Source: Felis catus (Eukaryota). From it: a DNA stretch of 64,000 nt. Positions 52,134-64,000 of this stretch are shown here, piece after piece (the first letter of the stretch is position 1; each line of letters starts with the position of its first letter). A program made the position numbers and the translations under genes. A model generated the notes under the pieces. It ran no database searches, was not told the DNA's origin, and was given only the letters and a program-made list of their open reading frames with translations. The DNA is taken from assembly GCF_018350175.1 (NCBI RefSeq), contig NC_058368.1, positions 744,001-808,000 of the forward strand, in the 5' to 3' direction.

Positions 52134-52592
52134 GTAGGGAACATCAGTAAAGCCATAGGTTGGTTCACTGAAAAGACTAATAGAATAGACAAGCTTCTAC
52201 CAATGTTGACTAAAGAATGAAAATTGAAAAGAGAATGCATAAACAAACAATATTTCCAGTGAAAAAAGAGACATGATTGTAGATTGTGTACAGATTAAAA
52301 AGATAATTCTGTGAGCAGTTTTTTACCAATAGATTTGAAAATAGAGGGAAATGGGAAAATTCCTGGGAGAATATAGTTTAACAAAACTGACCCAAAAAGA
52401 AATACAAAAATTGAGTAGTTTTACAGCTATTAAAGAATGTGAGGGGCATGTGGGTGGCTCAGTTGGTTAGGCATCTGACTTCAGCTTAGGCCATGATCTT
52501 GTGGTTTGTGAGTTCACACCCCACGTGGGGCTCTGTGCTGACAGCTTCAGAGCTTGGACCCTGCTTTGAAGTCTGTCTGTCTGTCTGTCTGA

Positions 52593-52635
<43 letters not shown>

Positions 52636-55600
52636 CCACCCTTGCTTGTGTTCTGTCTCTGTCTCTCAAAAATGAATAAATGTTAAAAAAAAAAAAAAAA
52701 GAATGTGAAATAGTAATTTAAAATAGCCTTAAAAATTTAACACTACAGGGCGCCTGGGTGGCTCAGTTGGTTGAGCGTCCGACTTTGGCTCAGGTCCTGG
52801 TCTCATGGTTCATGGATTCAAGCCAGCATCGGCCTCTGTGCTGACAGCTTGCTTGGAGCCTGGAGCAGGCTTTGGATTGTGTCTCCTGCCCCTCCCCCAC
52901 TTGCTCTCTGTCTGTCAAAAGTAAATAAATGTAAAAAAAAAAATTAAAAAAAAAAATTTAACACCAGGCACAGATAGTTTCAATACAAGAGCTTACCAAA
53001 ATTATAAAAAAGTCTTCCTAAAATAAAGAATGCTAACTTGTTCCTTGGGCCCATTATACTTTCAGAACCATAATGAGAAAGAAACTTTGTAAGAAAGGAA
53101 AGTGACAGGTCAAGCTTACTCATGAACTCAGATGTAAGTATCCCAAACAAAACGTTAGGCAATTGAATCTAGCTATATGTAAGAACATAACCTATTATAA
53201 TATAACATAACCTAATAGTTAGCAGTCCTTAGGAATTCAGTGAGTAAAGGAGAAATTGATTCAGAAACATCCTCAATTTCTAAAAAACAAAACCTAACAA
53301 ATTAATAAAAGGGAGCTTTCTCGGGGAACGGTCAAGATAGTGGAGCAGCATGGAAGTTTTTTGCATCTCTCGTCCCTGAAATGCAGCCAGATCAACACTA
53401 AACCCTCTTTCACGCCTAGAAAATTGATCTGAGGATTAACACAACAATCTGCACAACTTGAACCGCAGAACTCAGCAGGTACACAGTGCAGAGAGGTGAA
53501 CTGGGGTAGAGAGAAGCCTCAGAGGGGTAGGGATCTGTTTTTGCTTGCAGAGAGAGGACAGAGAAAGTAGGGTGAGTACAGGAAAAGCACTCCCCTTGAA
53601 AGAAGCTGGAGAGAAAAAGAGAGTAGAAATACCCATAAGGGAATTCCCAAGAAAGGAAGAAAAGAGAAAGGAAGAGAGCTTGGATAGCATTAAGACTCTA
53701 TGAACAGGGGAGTATAGAGTCTGAAACTCCACAGCTCAATACCTGGCAGAGTTCTGGTGGGAAGGGTGCATCCTCAGGAGCAGAGAGCAAGGTCCTCAGG
53801 GTCCTTAGGCCACATGGGGAGAGACAGTGGTTCCCCTGCCGAGAGGACATTTGGTAGAGGCTGTGTGGCCTCCCCCCAACAGGCAAAGGTCTCAGCAAAC
53901 CCTGGAGAACAGCCACGTTTGCTGGTGTTGGAACAAGGATGTTAAGAGGGGGGTGAAGCCTGGTGCCAGATGTGTGTTGTTATAGACCCTAGTCCCTGAA
54001 ACTCTGGTGCCACGTGATCATGTGAACTTTTTCTGGGGCAGGCTGGCACCTGGCCACAGTCTCCAGGCCTCTGCAACAGTGTGGTTGCATGAACATTCCT
54101 GGGGCTGGGCTGGCATTTATAATATAATAATGTATTACAAACCTGTAATCATCAAAACAGTATGGTACTGGCACAAAAGCACTCAGATCGATGGAACAGA
54201 ATGGAGAACCCAGAAATGGACCCACAAACATATGGCCAACTAATCTTTGACAAAGTAGGAAAGAATATCCAGTGGAATAAAGACAGTCTCTTCAGCAATT
54301 GGTGTCAGGAAAACTGGACAGCGACATGCAGAAAAATGAACCTGGACCACTTTCTTACACCATACACAAAAATAAGCTCAAAATGGATGAAAGACCTAAA
54401 CGTTAAGACAGGAATCCATCAAAATCCTCTAGGATTTTCAGCCACAGCAAGTTCTTTTTCAACACGTCTCCAGAGGCAAGGGAAACAAAAGCAAAAATGA
54501 ACGATTGGGACCTCATCAAGATAAAAAGTTTCTGCACGGTGAAGATAACAATCAGTAAAACTAAAAGGCAACTGATGGAATGGAGAAGATATTTGCAAAT
54601 GATATATCAGATAAAGGGTTAGTATCCAGAATCTATAAAGGACGTGCCAAACTCAACATCCAAAAAACAAATAATCCAGTCAAGAAATGAACCAAAGACA
54701 TGAATGAACACTTTTCCAAAGAAGACATCCAGATGGCTAACAGACACATGAAAAAAATGCTCAACATCACTCATCATCAGGGAAATAAAATCAAAACCAC
54801 AATGGGATACCACCTCAGCCCTCTCAGAATGGCTAACATTAACAACTCCGGCAACAAAAGATGCTGGCAAGGATGCGGAGAAGGAGGATCTCTTTTGCAC
54901 TGCTGGTGGGAATGCAAACTGGTGTAGCCACTATGGAAAACAGTATGAAGCTTCCTTAAAAAGTTAAAACTACCCTACGACTCAGCAATTGCACTACTAG
55001 GTGTATATCCAAGGGATACAGGATATCCCTTGTGCTGTTTCATAGGGGCACATGCACCCCAGTGTTTATAGCAGCACTATCGACAATAGCCAAAGTATGG
55101 ACAGAGCCTAGATGTCCATCGACAGATGAACGGATAAAGATGTGACGTATATATGTGGGGAGGGGGTGTATACATGTTTATACGTGTGTGTATACATGTA
55201 TATATGTGTGTGTATGTATATATGTGTATATATACACACACATATATACATACAATGGAGTATTACTCAGCAATCAAAAAGAATGAAATCTTGCCATCTG
55301 CAACTATGTGGCTAGAACTAGAGGGTATTATGCTAAGTGAAATAAGTCAGTCAGAATAAGACAAATATCCTATGACTTCACTCATATGAGGACTTTTAAG
55401 ATACAAACCAGATGAACATAAGGGAAGGGAAGGGAAGCAAAAATAATATAAAAACAAGGAGGAGGACAAAACATAAAAGACTCTTAAATACAGAGAACAA
55501 CAAGTGTTGCTGGAGGGGCTATGAGGGGGGATGGGCTAAATGGGTAAGGCATTAAGGAAGACACTTGTTGGGATGAGCACTGGGTATTACATGTAGGGGA

Positions 55601-55960
55601 TGAATCACTGGTATCTACTTCTGAAATAATTATTATACTATGTGCTAACTAACTTGGATGTAAATTAAAAATTAAAAGGGAGCTTTCTCAAGAACGTTAA
55701 ACTTTTGGCAAACATCTTTCACTGCTTTTATTCCACATTATTCTAAGGTCTACCCAGTACAGTAAGAGAGTGAAAAACAAAAGATACAAGCCTTTGGGAA
55801 GGAGGCCTCCCCTCTCCCTTCCCCCCAAAAGCTGTTCATTATCAGATGTTATCATATATGTAGAAAACATATATGTTTCAAAAGAATCCACAAATTTTTA
55901 GAAATGTTCAATGTTTAACAGGTGATTGGATATAAGGCCAATATATAAAAATTACCTATA
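52134..55960 (+). mobile_element. Old L1 ORF2 remnant hosting two SINEs (about 52443-52700 and 52748-52955) and the internally deleted L1
   Basis: A-rich degenerate ORF2 motifs (ggttcactgaaaagactaat, tcatatatgtagaaaac). Confidence 0.65.
53323..55672 (+). mobile_element. Internally deleted L1: 5'UTR fused to the ORF2 3' part and 3'UTR
   Basis: Perfect 17-bp TSD taaaagggagctttctc (53306-53322 and 55673-55689). Starts ggggaacggtcaagatagtgg. Junction at about 54115-54131. Confidence 0.88.
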
Positions 55961-58058
55961 GTTCTGCATATATTTCTTTCTTTAAAAATTTTTTTTTTTA
56001 CATTCATTCTTTTTTGAGAGACATAGTGAGACAGAGCGTGAGCAGGGGAGGGGCAGAGAGAGGAGACACAGAATCCAAAGCAGGCTCCCAGCTCGAGCTG
56101 TCAGCACAGAGCCCAACGCCAGGCTCGAACCCATGAACGGTGAGATCATGACCCGAGCTAAAGTCAGACACTCAACTGACTGAGCCACGCAGGCGCCCCG
56201 ATGGCAAAACCATTTTTAAAAGAATGAAAGAGAATGACATTCAAATTATGGATCCTTAACATCACTGTTGGAGGAGGGCGGTGGGGGGGGTGGGTACCAG
56301 GTGGGAGTGTTTAGGTCCTGGCATGGTTCTGTGCTCAAGGTAGTGCTGTGTTCACTGATGTTCACCTCCTAACACATTCTTTAGCGTTATTAAAAATAAA
56401 ATTTTAAATTAAAACTGATAAAGTTTATTAAAAATAAAGAGAAAAAGTTAAAATTACCAGATGCTGAATCAAGATCCAGTACTTGGTAGGAATGAACATA
56501 GGATTTTGAACCAGTTTGCTACGTGAGAGACCAAAATCTGAGCTGAAGCATAACCTTTTCTTGTTACTTTGTAAGAGTCCTGTAAATTAGGCCATATTCT
56601 CTCAGCTGATATAAACCCTCATGTGTCCTGCTTCCCGGATCTTTTTCGTGGTACCATGGTGCCGTGCTAGAGTGAGGAGGTCCAGCTGTGGGCTCAGATA
56701 TGTCACAGTACGAATATGGCTCTTGGCTTACTGATGTGTGTCTGAGCAGATCCAGAACCACTTCACCTTACCTGTAACATGTATCCCCTTACAGGTTATT
56801 GTGCATGGATTAAATGTGATAATTCTTACTGAACGGTAGCTGCTTTTACTATTACTACTGCTATTCAGAAAGTGAGGTAAGGCAACTTGATGTGACTTAC
56901 TCAGAGCCATGCAGCTGACATGTGGAGCTGGGATGTAGAAAATCCAGGATGTGCAGCTCCTAAGGTTGTGCTGTTGCTACAGTGGAATGCTCTTGGAGGT
57001 GCAAAGAGAAGTGTTGGCTTGAATCAAGAGCTTTGGAAGAATTTCCTTCATTTACTTGCATGTCTTTTACAAACTTCATCTCAATGGCAAGATTAACTGC
57101 CTAACATTTGTAAAATTTGAGGAATTGGTTTTAGGTGAAAATACTTTAACTCTGACCATAAAATATTATATTTATGCTTTTTACTTTCTAAAATAGCACG
57201 GTTGTTTTTTGGAGCCCTGAGTGGCTCAGTTGGTTAAGCATTTGACTTCAGCCCAGGTCATGATCTCGTAGTTCATGAGTTCGAGCCCAGCGTTGGGCTC
57301 TGTGCTGATAGCTCGGAGCCTGGAACATGGTGCCTGCTTCCGATTCTGTGTCTCCCTCTCTCTCTACCTCTCCCCCGCTCACACTGTCTCTCTCAAAAAT
57401 AAATATTAAAAATTCTTTTAATAAAAAACTTTAAAAAATAGCACAGTGGTTTTGAATTACTCCCTAATGAGAATGAGTTATGTTCAAATCTTATTTGTTG
57501 CATGGCCGATAGCGGATCAACACGTCCTTTCCTAATGTTAACGAGCCCCTGGGTCAAACAGGTGAGGGAGGAAACCAGCACTTGCTTTATGGGTAGGAGG
57601 GAGCACAGAGGGCTTTCAGGAGGAGAGTTTGGAGCTGAGTCTGAAGGATCAGTGGCTTTTATTTACATACAAGTTTGGTTTACACATTTAGAATGGCTTT
57701 ACCTACATAAATGATTGGAGGAAATATATATCCAAGAAGAATGGCCAAAGATAGAAATGTTAAGAGATTTGGGGTTCCTGGATGGCTCAGTTGGTTAAGA
57801 ATCTGACTTCGGCGCAGGTCATGATCTCACACGTGGCTCGTGAGTTCGAGTCCTGCATCAGGCTCCATGCTGACAGCGCAGAGCCTAGAGCCTCCTTTAG
57901 ATTCTGTGTTTCCCTCTCTCTGCCCCTCCCCTGCTCACACTCTGTCTCTGTCTCCAAAATAAAACGTTAAAAAATTTTTCAAAAGACACTACAAACTTAA
58001 GAAAATGGCATTGTTACAGGGAAAAAAAGTGTATTAATAAGCCTCTTCTGTGTTCCAG

Positions 58059-58184
58059 ATGGCAGACAACAGATTTTGAGTTTGGGCATGGACTTGAAGT
58101 TGGAGTGGATGAAATTAGAAGATTTTCAAAAGCATCTTGATGGGGAAGATGAAAGTTTTACTACAGCAGATGCAATTCCGAGTA
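58059..58184 (+). CDS. MPHOSPH8: MPHOSPH8 exon 6 (126 nt)
   Basis: Acceptor ctgtgttccag. Encodes (D)GRQQILSLGMDLKLEWMKLEDFQKHLDGEDESFTTADAIPS. Donor a|gtgagt. Confidence 0.95.
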
Positions 58185-58266
58185 GTGAGTAGTGTGGGAA
58201 TTTTGGAGATTCTTTTCATGAATCTAGATGTGTGAAGCCTAATTTATCTTAATTCTTTCATTGTAG

Positions 58267-58355
58267 ATTTATTGAGGGATGCTGTGAAAAATGGGGATTA
58301 CATTGCTGTGAAGGTTGCACTTAATTCAAATGAAGACTATAACCTGGACCAAGAG
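58267..58355 (+). CDS. MPHOSPH8: MPHOSPH8 exon 7 (89 nt), start of ankyrin region
   Basis: Follows an 82-nt intron. Acceptor ttcattgtag. Encodes (N)LLRDAVKNGDYIAVKVALNSNEDYNLDQE. Donor gag|gtaata. Confidence 0.95.
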
Positions 58356-58826
58356 GTAATACATCTTAGTAAAATCTCATGAAATAAAGATGGAAAGTAG
58401 CGCTTTTCACATAATTCAGTTTTACTTTTCATATTTTAAAAATTATAAAAGTAAGGGGGTGCTGGGTGGCTCAGTCGGTTAAGCACCAACTTCGGCTCAG
58501 GTTGTGATCTCGCGGTTCATAAATTCAGGCCCCCGCTTTGAGCTGTGCTGACAGCTCAGAGCCTGGAGCCTCCTTCAGATTCTGTGTGTGTCTCTCTCTT
58601 TGCCCCTCCCCTGCTTGCTCGCTCGCTCGCTCGCTCTCTCTCTCTCAAAAACATTAAAAAAAATTTTTTTTTAATTATAAAAGTAGGGGTGCCTGGTGAC
58701 TCAGTCAGTTGAGCATCTGACTCTTGTTCAGCTCCAGGTCATGAGATCGAGCCCTGAGTCGGGCTCTGCACTGGGCGTAGAGCTTGCTTAAGATTCTCTC
58801 TCCCTATATCATTCGTGCTCACTCTG

Positions 58827-58879
<53 letters not shown>

Positions 58880-61819
58880 AAATAGAAAGATGCTCTCTTC
58901 CCCCTCCCCACCCCATATCCCTCTCCCTGGCTCGTGCTCTCTCTCTCTCTAAAATAAAATGTTATAAAAGTAATGTTCACTTTATAAACTGAAAGCACAG
59001 TAAAAATGTATAATGTAGAAAATTATAGACCTTGTAATTCCAACCCCTACAGTGACCATTTGGTTCAGCTGTGACCTGTCTGGTTTTGTTTGTGGTTCTG
59101 TCTGTGGTTGAACCTCTGCTGCTTGAGGGCATAAAATGACTCCTTGTGTCTGAGTCTTTTAAGCTTGGAGAATTCTTATTTTTATTTTTTCTTTTATTAT
59201 TATTATTTTTTAATGTTTATTCATTTGAGAGAGAGACAGAGCATGAGCAGGGGAGGGGCAGAGAGAGGGAGACACAGAATCCAAAGCAGGCTCCAGGCTC
59301 TGAGCTGTCAGCACAGAGCCCGACATGGGGCTCAAACTCAAAAACTGTGAGGTCATGACCTGAGCTGAAGTCGGATGCTTAACCGACTGAGCCACCCAGG
59401 CGCCCCAGAGGATTTTTATTTTTAGATAGTCACATCTGTCAGTCCTTTCCTTTATGGTTTTTGGGTGTCTTGTCTTACTTAACAAGAGATTTTTATATTT
59501 TCTTCTTTAGTTTTCATGCTCTCGTGGTGGATTTTTAGGTTTAATCTTCAGAGATTATGGTTCAAAAAAATTATTGGGATTTTGATTAAAATTGCATGAA
59601 ATCTGGGGCACCTGGGTGGTGCAGTCAGTTAGGCATCCAACTCTTGATCTCAGCTCAGGTCATGATGTGGTTTGTGAGGTTGAGCCCCGCATTGGGTTCT
59701 GCTCTGATGGTGCCGAGCCTGCTTGGGATTCTGTCTCTCCTTCTCTGTGCCCCTCCCTTGCTTGTGTGTGTGCGTTCTCTCTCAAAATGAATAATTAAAC
59801 ATTAAAAGCATTTTTTTAATTGTATGAACTCTATAGATAAACTTGGCTGAGAATTGACATTTTTTACATTTGAGTCCTCCAAATAAGAACGTGATAACTC
59901 TACATTCATTCAGCTCTTCATTTATTCCTAAAGCGGTTTTATGAGTTTTTTCCTTCATACGATTCTTGCACATTTAGTTTAGATGCTTTCCTACATATTT
60001 GATAATTTTTAAATTATCTTAGTGTGATCATTAGGATCTTTTTCCTCCCGTATTTTGTCTTCTAACACGTTATTACAGGTGTTCGGTGAGGCTGTTGATC
60101 TCTGTGTGTGTGTGGTCTCTGGTCACTTTGAAATTCTCTTACTTTAATAACTTTTAAATTATTCTCTGGGTAGAGAATATGATCATCTGCTGAAAAGTAA
60201 CTGTTTTGTTTCCTTCGTGCACAGTAATATTTCTTTTTCTGGTCTTGTAAACTTGGTGACATTTTGCAGAAGAGTTCTGATGGAGGCGATCCTGTTCTGT
60301 CTCTCGTCTGAGGGTGGCTTTCCCCTGAGGCTGGGTGAAGATCCTTTTTCTGTTGTGCTGTTGTTGGTTTCTAGTGGACAGTAGACTTCCTTTTGTCTAT
60401 CTGTTGAAGTTCTTATCAGGGATGGATGTTGGGTTTTATCTGGTGCTTTTTTCCCTACTTTCATTCTTATGTAGCTTGGTCTTCATTAATAAAAAGCCTA
60501 GCAGCTACAGGGAACTTTACTAAGTTAGAAAAAAGGTTTTTTCCCTCTAATATGTTTTGTGGTAATAAGGTAATTTGCAGATGAGAGGAAGTGCACTACC
60601 TTATTTCAGTTAATTTTTCTTATATTTGTGTTCAGATTGCTCATGCAGGTGAATTCTGCTAAACTTTCAGATTGTAGCCAAATTAACTCACCTTGTTAGA
60701 ACTTGGTTTTATCAAATGGCATTTAATAAATGGCTTGATTTTCCCATGTGTTTGTTTCAAATGATTGGAAATGTTTTGGCTTTTTATTTTTTGTCAACTT
60801 TATGTAATTTTATCTCTTTTTAAAGTATTTTAGGGGTGCCTTGGTGGCTCAGTCAGTTAAGCATCCAACGTCGGCTCAGGTCGTGATCTCGCGTTTGTGG
60901 GTTCGAGGCCCGTGTCAGTCTCTGTGCTGACAGCTCAGAGCCTGGAGCCTGCTTCGGATTCTGTGTCTCCCTCTCTCTCTTCCCCTCCCCAACTTGTGCT
61001 CTGTCTCCCCTCTCTGTCTCTCTCTCTCTCTGTCAAAAATAAATAAACATTAAAATTTTTTATAAAGTATTTTAATTTGTCTAGATTGTCATAGCCTCTT
61101 AGAAACCAATCATATCAGTGTCCTGTTTCCTGCTTCTGAATTTTCTTCTTCATCCCCTGAGCAATCAAACTGTCATTTCCCAACAGTTAGCTTTTGTAGA
61201 GGCCATTTGTCTAATCCAGACAGCATTCAGTTACCCTTGGACTTAGGTCACTTCTAGTGGTCATTTCTAGCCTCAGATCTTTGGCCAGCTAAGCAACTAT
61301 CACGAATGTGAGTTTCACCTGTTTTACCTAGAACACAAGGAGGCTTTCGGACCTGAAATGTGCGATAAATAAATAAGTACCTTTGCCATTTTTATAGCAT
61401 CAAGATGCACTATTCATCAGTATGTCGTGCAGAATGTTGACGGGCCTTTAGAACATTAATACCTGGAAGTTGTAAAATTTTTATGACATTTAAAGAAATT
61501 GTGAAGGTTATTAGTTTCTGATTATAATAAGGATATTTTAGTGAGGGGCACCTGCCTGGCTCAGTCAGAAGACGGTGCGGTGCAAGTCTCGATCTCAGTG
61601 TTGTGAGTTCAAGCCCCACATTGGGTGTAGAGATTAATTATTAAAAATAAATAAATAAACTTAAATAAAAATAAGGATATTTTAGTGAAAGACTTAGGTA
61701 GATGCTTAAATCAGTGTACTTCAGCGATTTCACGTTGAAACATCCTAGGCGAAGAGACTTAGTTCTGGAATTTTTCTGATAGACTTTGACATGTCTTTTC
61801 CTCAACAAAACCAATGAAG

Positions 61820-61960
61820 GATTCAAGCGGGATGACACTGGTGATGCTCGCCGCAGCCGGAGGGCAAGACGACCTGCTGAGGCTCCTCATCAGGAAAGGG
61901 GCTAAGGTGAATGGCAGACAGAAGAATGGGACCACCGCCCTCATTCACGCAGCCGAGAAG
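61820..61960 (+). CDS. MPHOSPH8: MPHOSPH8 exon 8: ankyrin repeats (141 nt)
   Basis: Encodes DSSGMTLVMLAAAGGQDDLLRLLIRKGAKVNGRQKNGTTALIHAAEK. Acceptor atgaag, donor aag|gttggg, phase 0-0. Confidence 0.95.
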
Positions 61961-62870
61961 GTTGGGAACTCAAGAGCTCTCCGTTTCTTAGTCTGTAGGA
62001 ATTCCTACCTGTGGACTAGGACGGTCTGTTTCTGTCCTGTCCTGAAATGTAACTCTCATATAGTCACAAAGCTTTAGAGTCTCATATTTCAGTTCATCTC
62101 AGACTTGTCATGAATAGATTTTTGTTAATTAGTAGCTGTACTTTGTAATTGGATTTTCAAAATGTGATTTATGTAGTGGGAAGTGATTTATATTGAAAAA
62201 GGACCCTGGGGGCTCCTGGCTGGCTCAGTTGGTAGAGCATGCGAGTCTTGATCTCGGGGTCATGAGTTCAAGCCCCATGTTGGGCACAGAGTTTACTTTA
62301 AAAAAAGAAAAAGTAAAAGGACCTCTGGTTAAGGTACTAATACTGGTTTCAATGTTAGATCTTTTAAAAATCTTTTCCGGTTGAGGGGCACCTGGGTGGC
62401 TGAGTCAGTTAAGTGTCCCACGTCTGGCTCTGTGCTGACAGCTTGGAGCCTGGAGCCTGCTTCAGATTCTGTGTCTCCCTCTCTCTCTGCCCCTCCCCCA
62501 CTCACGGTGTCTGTCTCAGAGATAAATAGACATTTTAAAAAATTAAAAATCTTTTCCAGTTGAAATTAAATGTTCCTTTTGGTTAAGAATTTAATGAAAA
62601 TATTGCCACATATTATCTTTTTAAAAGATTAATACACAGAGATTCATAGGTTGAAACCAGTGGTTCCACTTGAGAGCGAAGTTGCTGGCAAAGGGCGTGT
62701 GGCTGTGTGGAGCCTGAGCAGGAGGGCACAGTGAAGAACCGTGTTCACCAACCTGCTTGGGATAGAATCTGAGGATTTTTCCTGATGGCTAAAAATTTCA
62801 AATCATCAAAAAATATCTTCTAAAGAATTTTGGGAATTAAATTTTCTTTTTTCTTTTTTTTTTTTAATAG

Positions 62871-62957
62871 AACTTCCTAACTACAGTGGCTATTCTTTTG
62901 GAAGCAGGAGCTTTTGTAAATGTCCAGCAGAGTAACGGTGAGACCGCTCTAATGAAG
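62871..62957 (+). CDS. MPHOSPH8: MPHOSPH8 exon 9: ankyrin repeats (87 nt); remaining exons lie beyond the window
   Basis: Long poly-T tract ending aatag. Encodes NFLTTVAILLEAGAFVNVQQSNGETALMK. Donor aag|gtaaat. Confidence 0.95.
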
Positions 62958-63471
62958 GTAAATACTTCACACGGGTCACCTACTCCCTCGCTCTTCACAG
63001 ATGCCTCTGCCAGGCAGTCTGCTGGGGGCCGAGAATAGGATGGGGAACAGGACACAGATGTGTAAGAGAAACCGCTGAGCAAAGAAGCAGTTAAAAGCTG
63101 GTGTGAACAATAATGTAATAGGAATAAGCACAGAGAGCTCTGGAATTACATGAAAGTTGGTACCAGGCCTAGCAGTCTGGATTCAGAGCCGGACAGGGCA
63201 GGGCTTCTGGCTGGCTCAGTCAGTAGAGCATATGACTCTTGATCTCAGGGGTCATCAGTTTGAGCCCCACGTTGGGTTTAGATTACTTTAAAAAAAAGAG
63301 GTAAGGAGCACCTGAGTGGCTCAGTCGGTTAAGCATCTGACTTCAGGTCAGGTCATGAACTCGTGGTTTGTGAGTTTGAGCCCCGTGTTGGGCTCTGTGC
63401 TGACAGCTCGGAGCCCGGAGCCTGCCTCAGATTCTGTGTCTCCCTCTCTCCCTGTTCCTCCCAGCTCCTGT

Positions 63472-63515
<44 letters not shown>

Positions 63516-64000
63516 AAAAATAAAGATTAGGGGTACCTGGGTGGCTCAGTCGGTTGAGCCTCCAACTTCGGCTCAGGTCATGATCTCACGGTTCATGAGT
63601 TCAAGCCCCACATTGGGTTCTGTGCTGACAGCTCAGAGCCTGGAGCCTGCTTCGGATTCTGTGTCTCCCTCTTTCTGTCTCTCAAAGATGAATAAATGTT
63701 TTAAAAAAATTTTTTTAAATAAATACATAAAGATTTAAAAAAAAATTTTTTTTTCTTTTTAAAAGAGGTGAGACACGGTGGATGTGATGGGTGGCTGAGC
63801 TGCATCCCACAGAATGATACATAAGCTGACAGGGATGAGCTGTGTGAGCGGAAACTGGAGTAAGATGTGTACTGACACCTGGGAGTGGGAAAGAGCACGG
63901 TGTGCTTACATTATGGTTTTACGTGAGTGGAATCAGATTTCTTCGAGTGTGTTTGCAGTTGTGGTTTGATGATTGTTTTGAATGGAAGGTTGCTAAAGCT

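Larger units (their letters stand above)
55975..63720. mobile_element. Dense Can-SINE field around exons 6-9 (about 14 copies; + at about 57211, 57771, 58455, 58685, 59605, 60833, 61545, 62208, 62384, 63200, 63305 and 63530; - at about 55975-56199 and 59175-59406), plus MIR (about 56760-56980) and old antisense L1 (about 59400-60480)
   Basis: Repeated gggtggctcagtc(a/g)gtt heads with (CT)n and A tails. Aggregate feature with approximate coordinates. Confidence 0.85.

Noticed and set aside
1..64000. CRISPR array, operon or other novel prokaryote-like system
   Set aside because: The window is mammalian intron/exon DNA. Its repeats are dispersed retroelements with TSDs, not repeat-spacer arrays.

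Overview
Mammalian genomic DNA, almost certainly felid (cat family), judged from about 45 tRNA-derived Can-SINEs of the SINEC_Fc type and carnivore L1s. Two spliced + strand genes are present. The first is the last two coding exons of PARP4 (vault PARP; 14042-14174 and 17619-17814), which the ORF track misses. The second, 5.5 kb downstream, is MPHOSPH8 (MPP8, the chromodomain/ankyrin subunit of the HUSH L1-silencing complex): a CpG-island promoter and coding exons 1-9, giving 675 in-frame codons with GT-AG introns, with the gene continuing past the window end. Most of the rest is nested L1, SINE, LTR, L2 and MIR sequence, and nearly all other ORFs in the track are repeat-derived or spurious. 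I cannot support a new biological system here. The best leads are sense-strand L1s inside the gene of the L1 silencer, a TSD-flanked internally deleted L1, an L1-in-L1 insertion, a SINE-associated deletion, repeated insertion into the same target sites, and an atypical exon 8 splice acceptor. Gene and repeat names come from recognising the sequence, not from database searches. Repeat boundaries are approximate unless a target-site duplication (TSD) is quoted.
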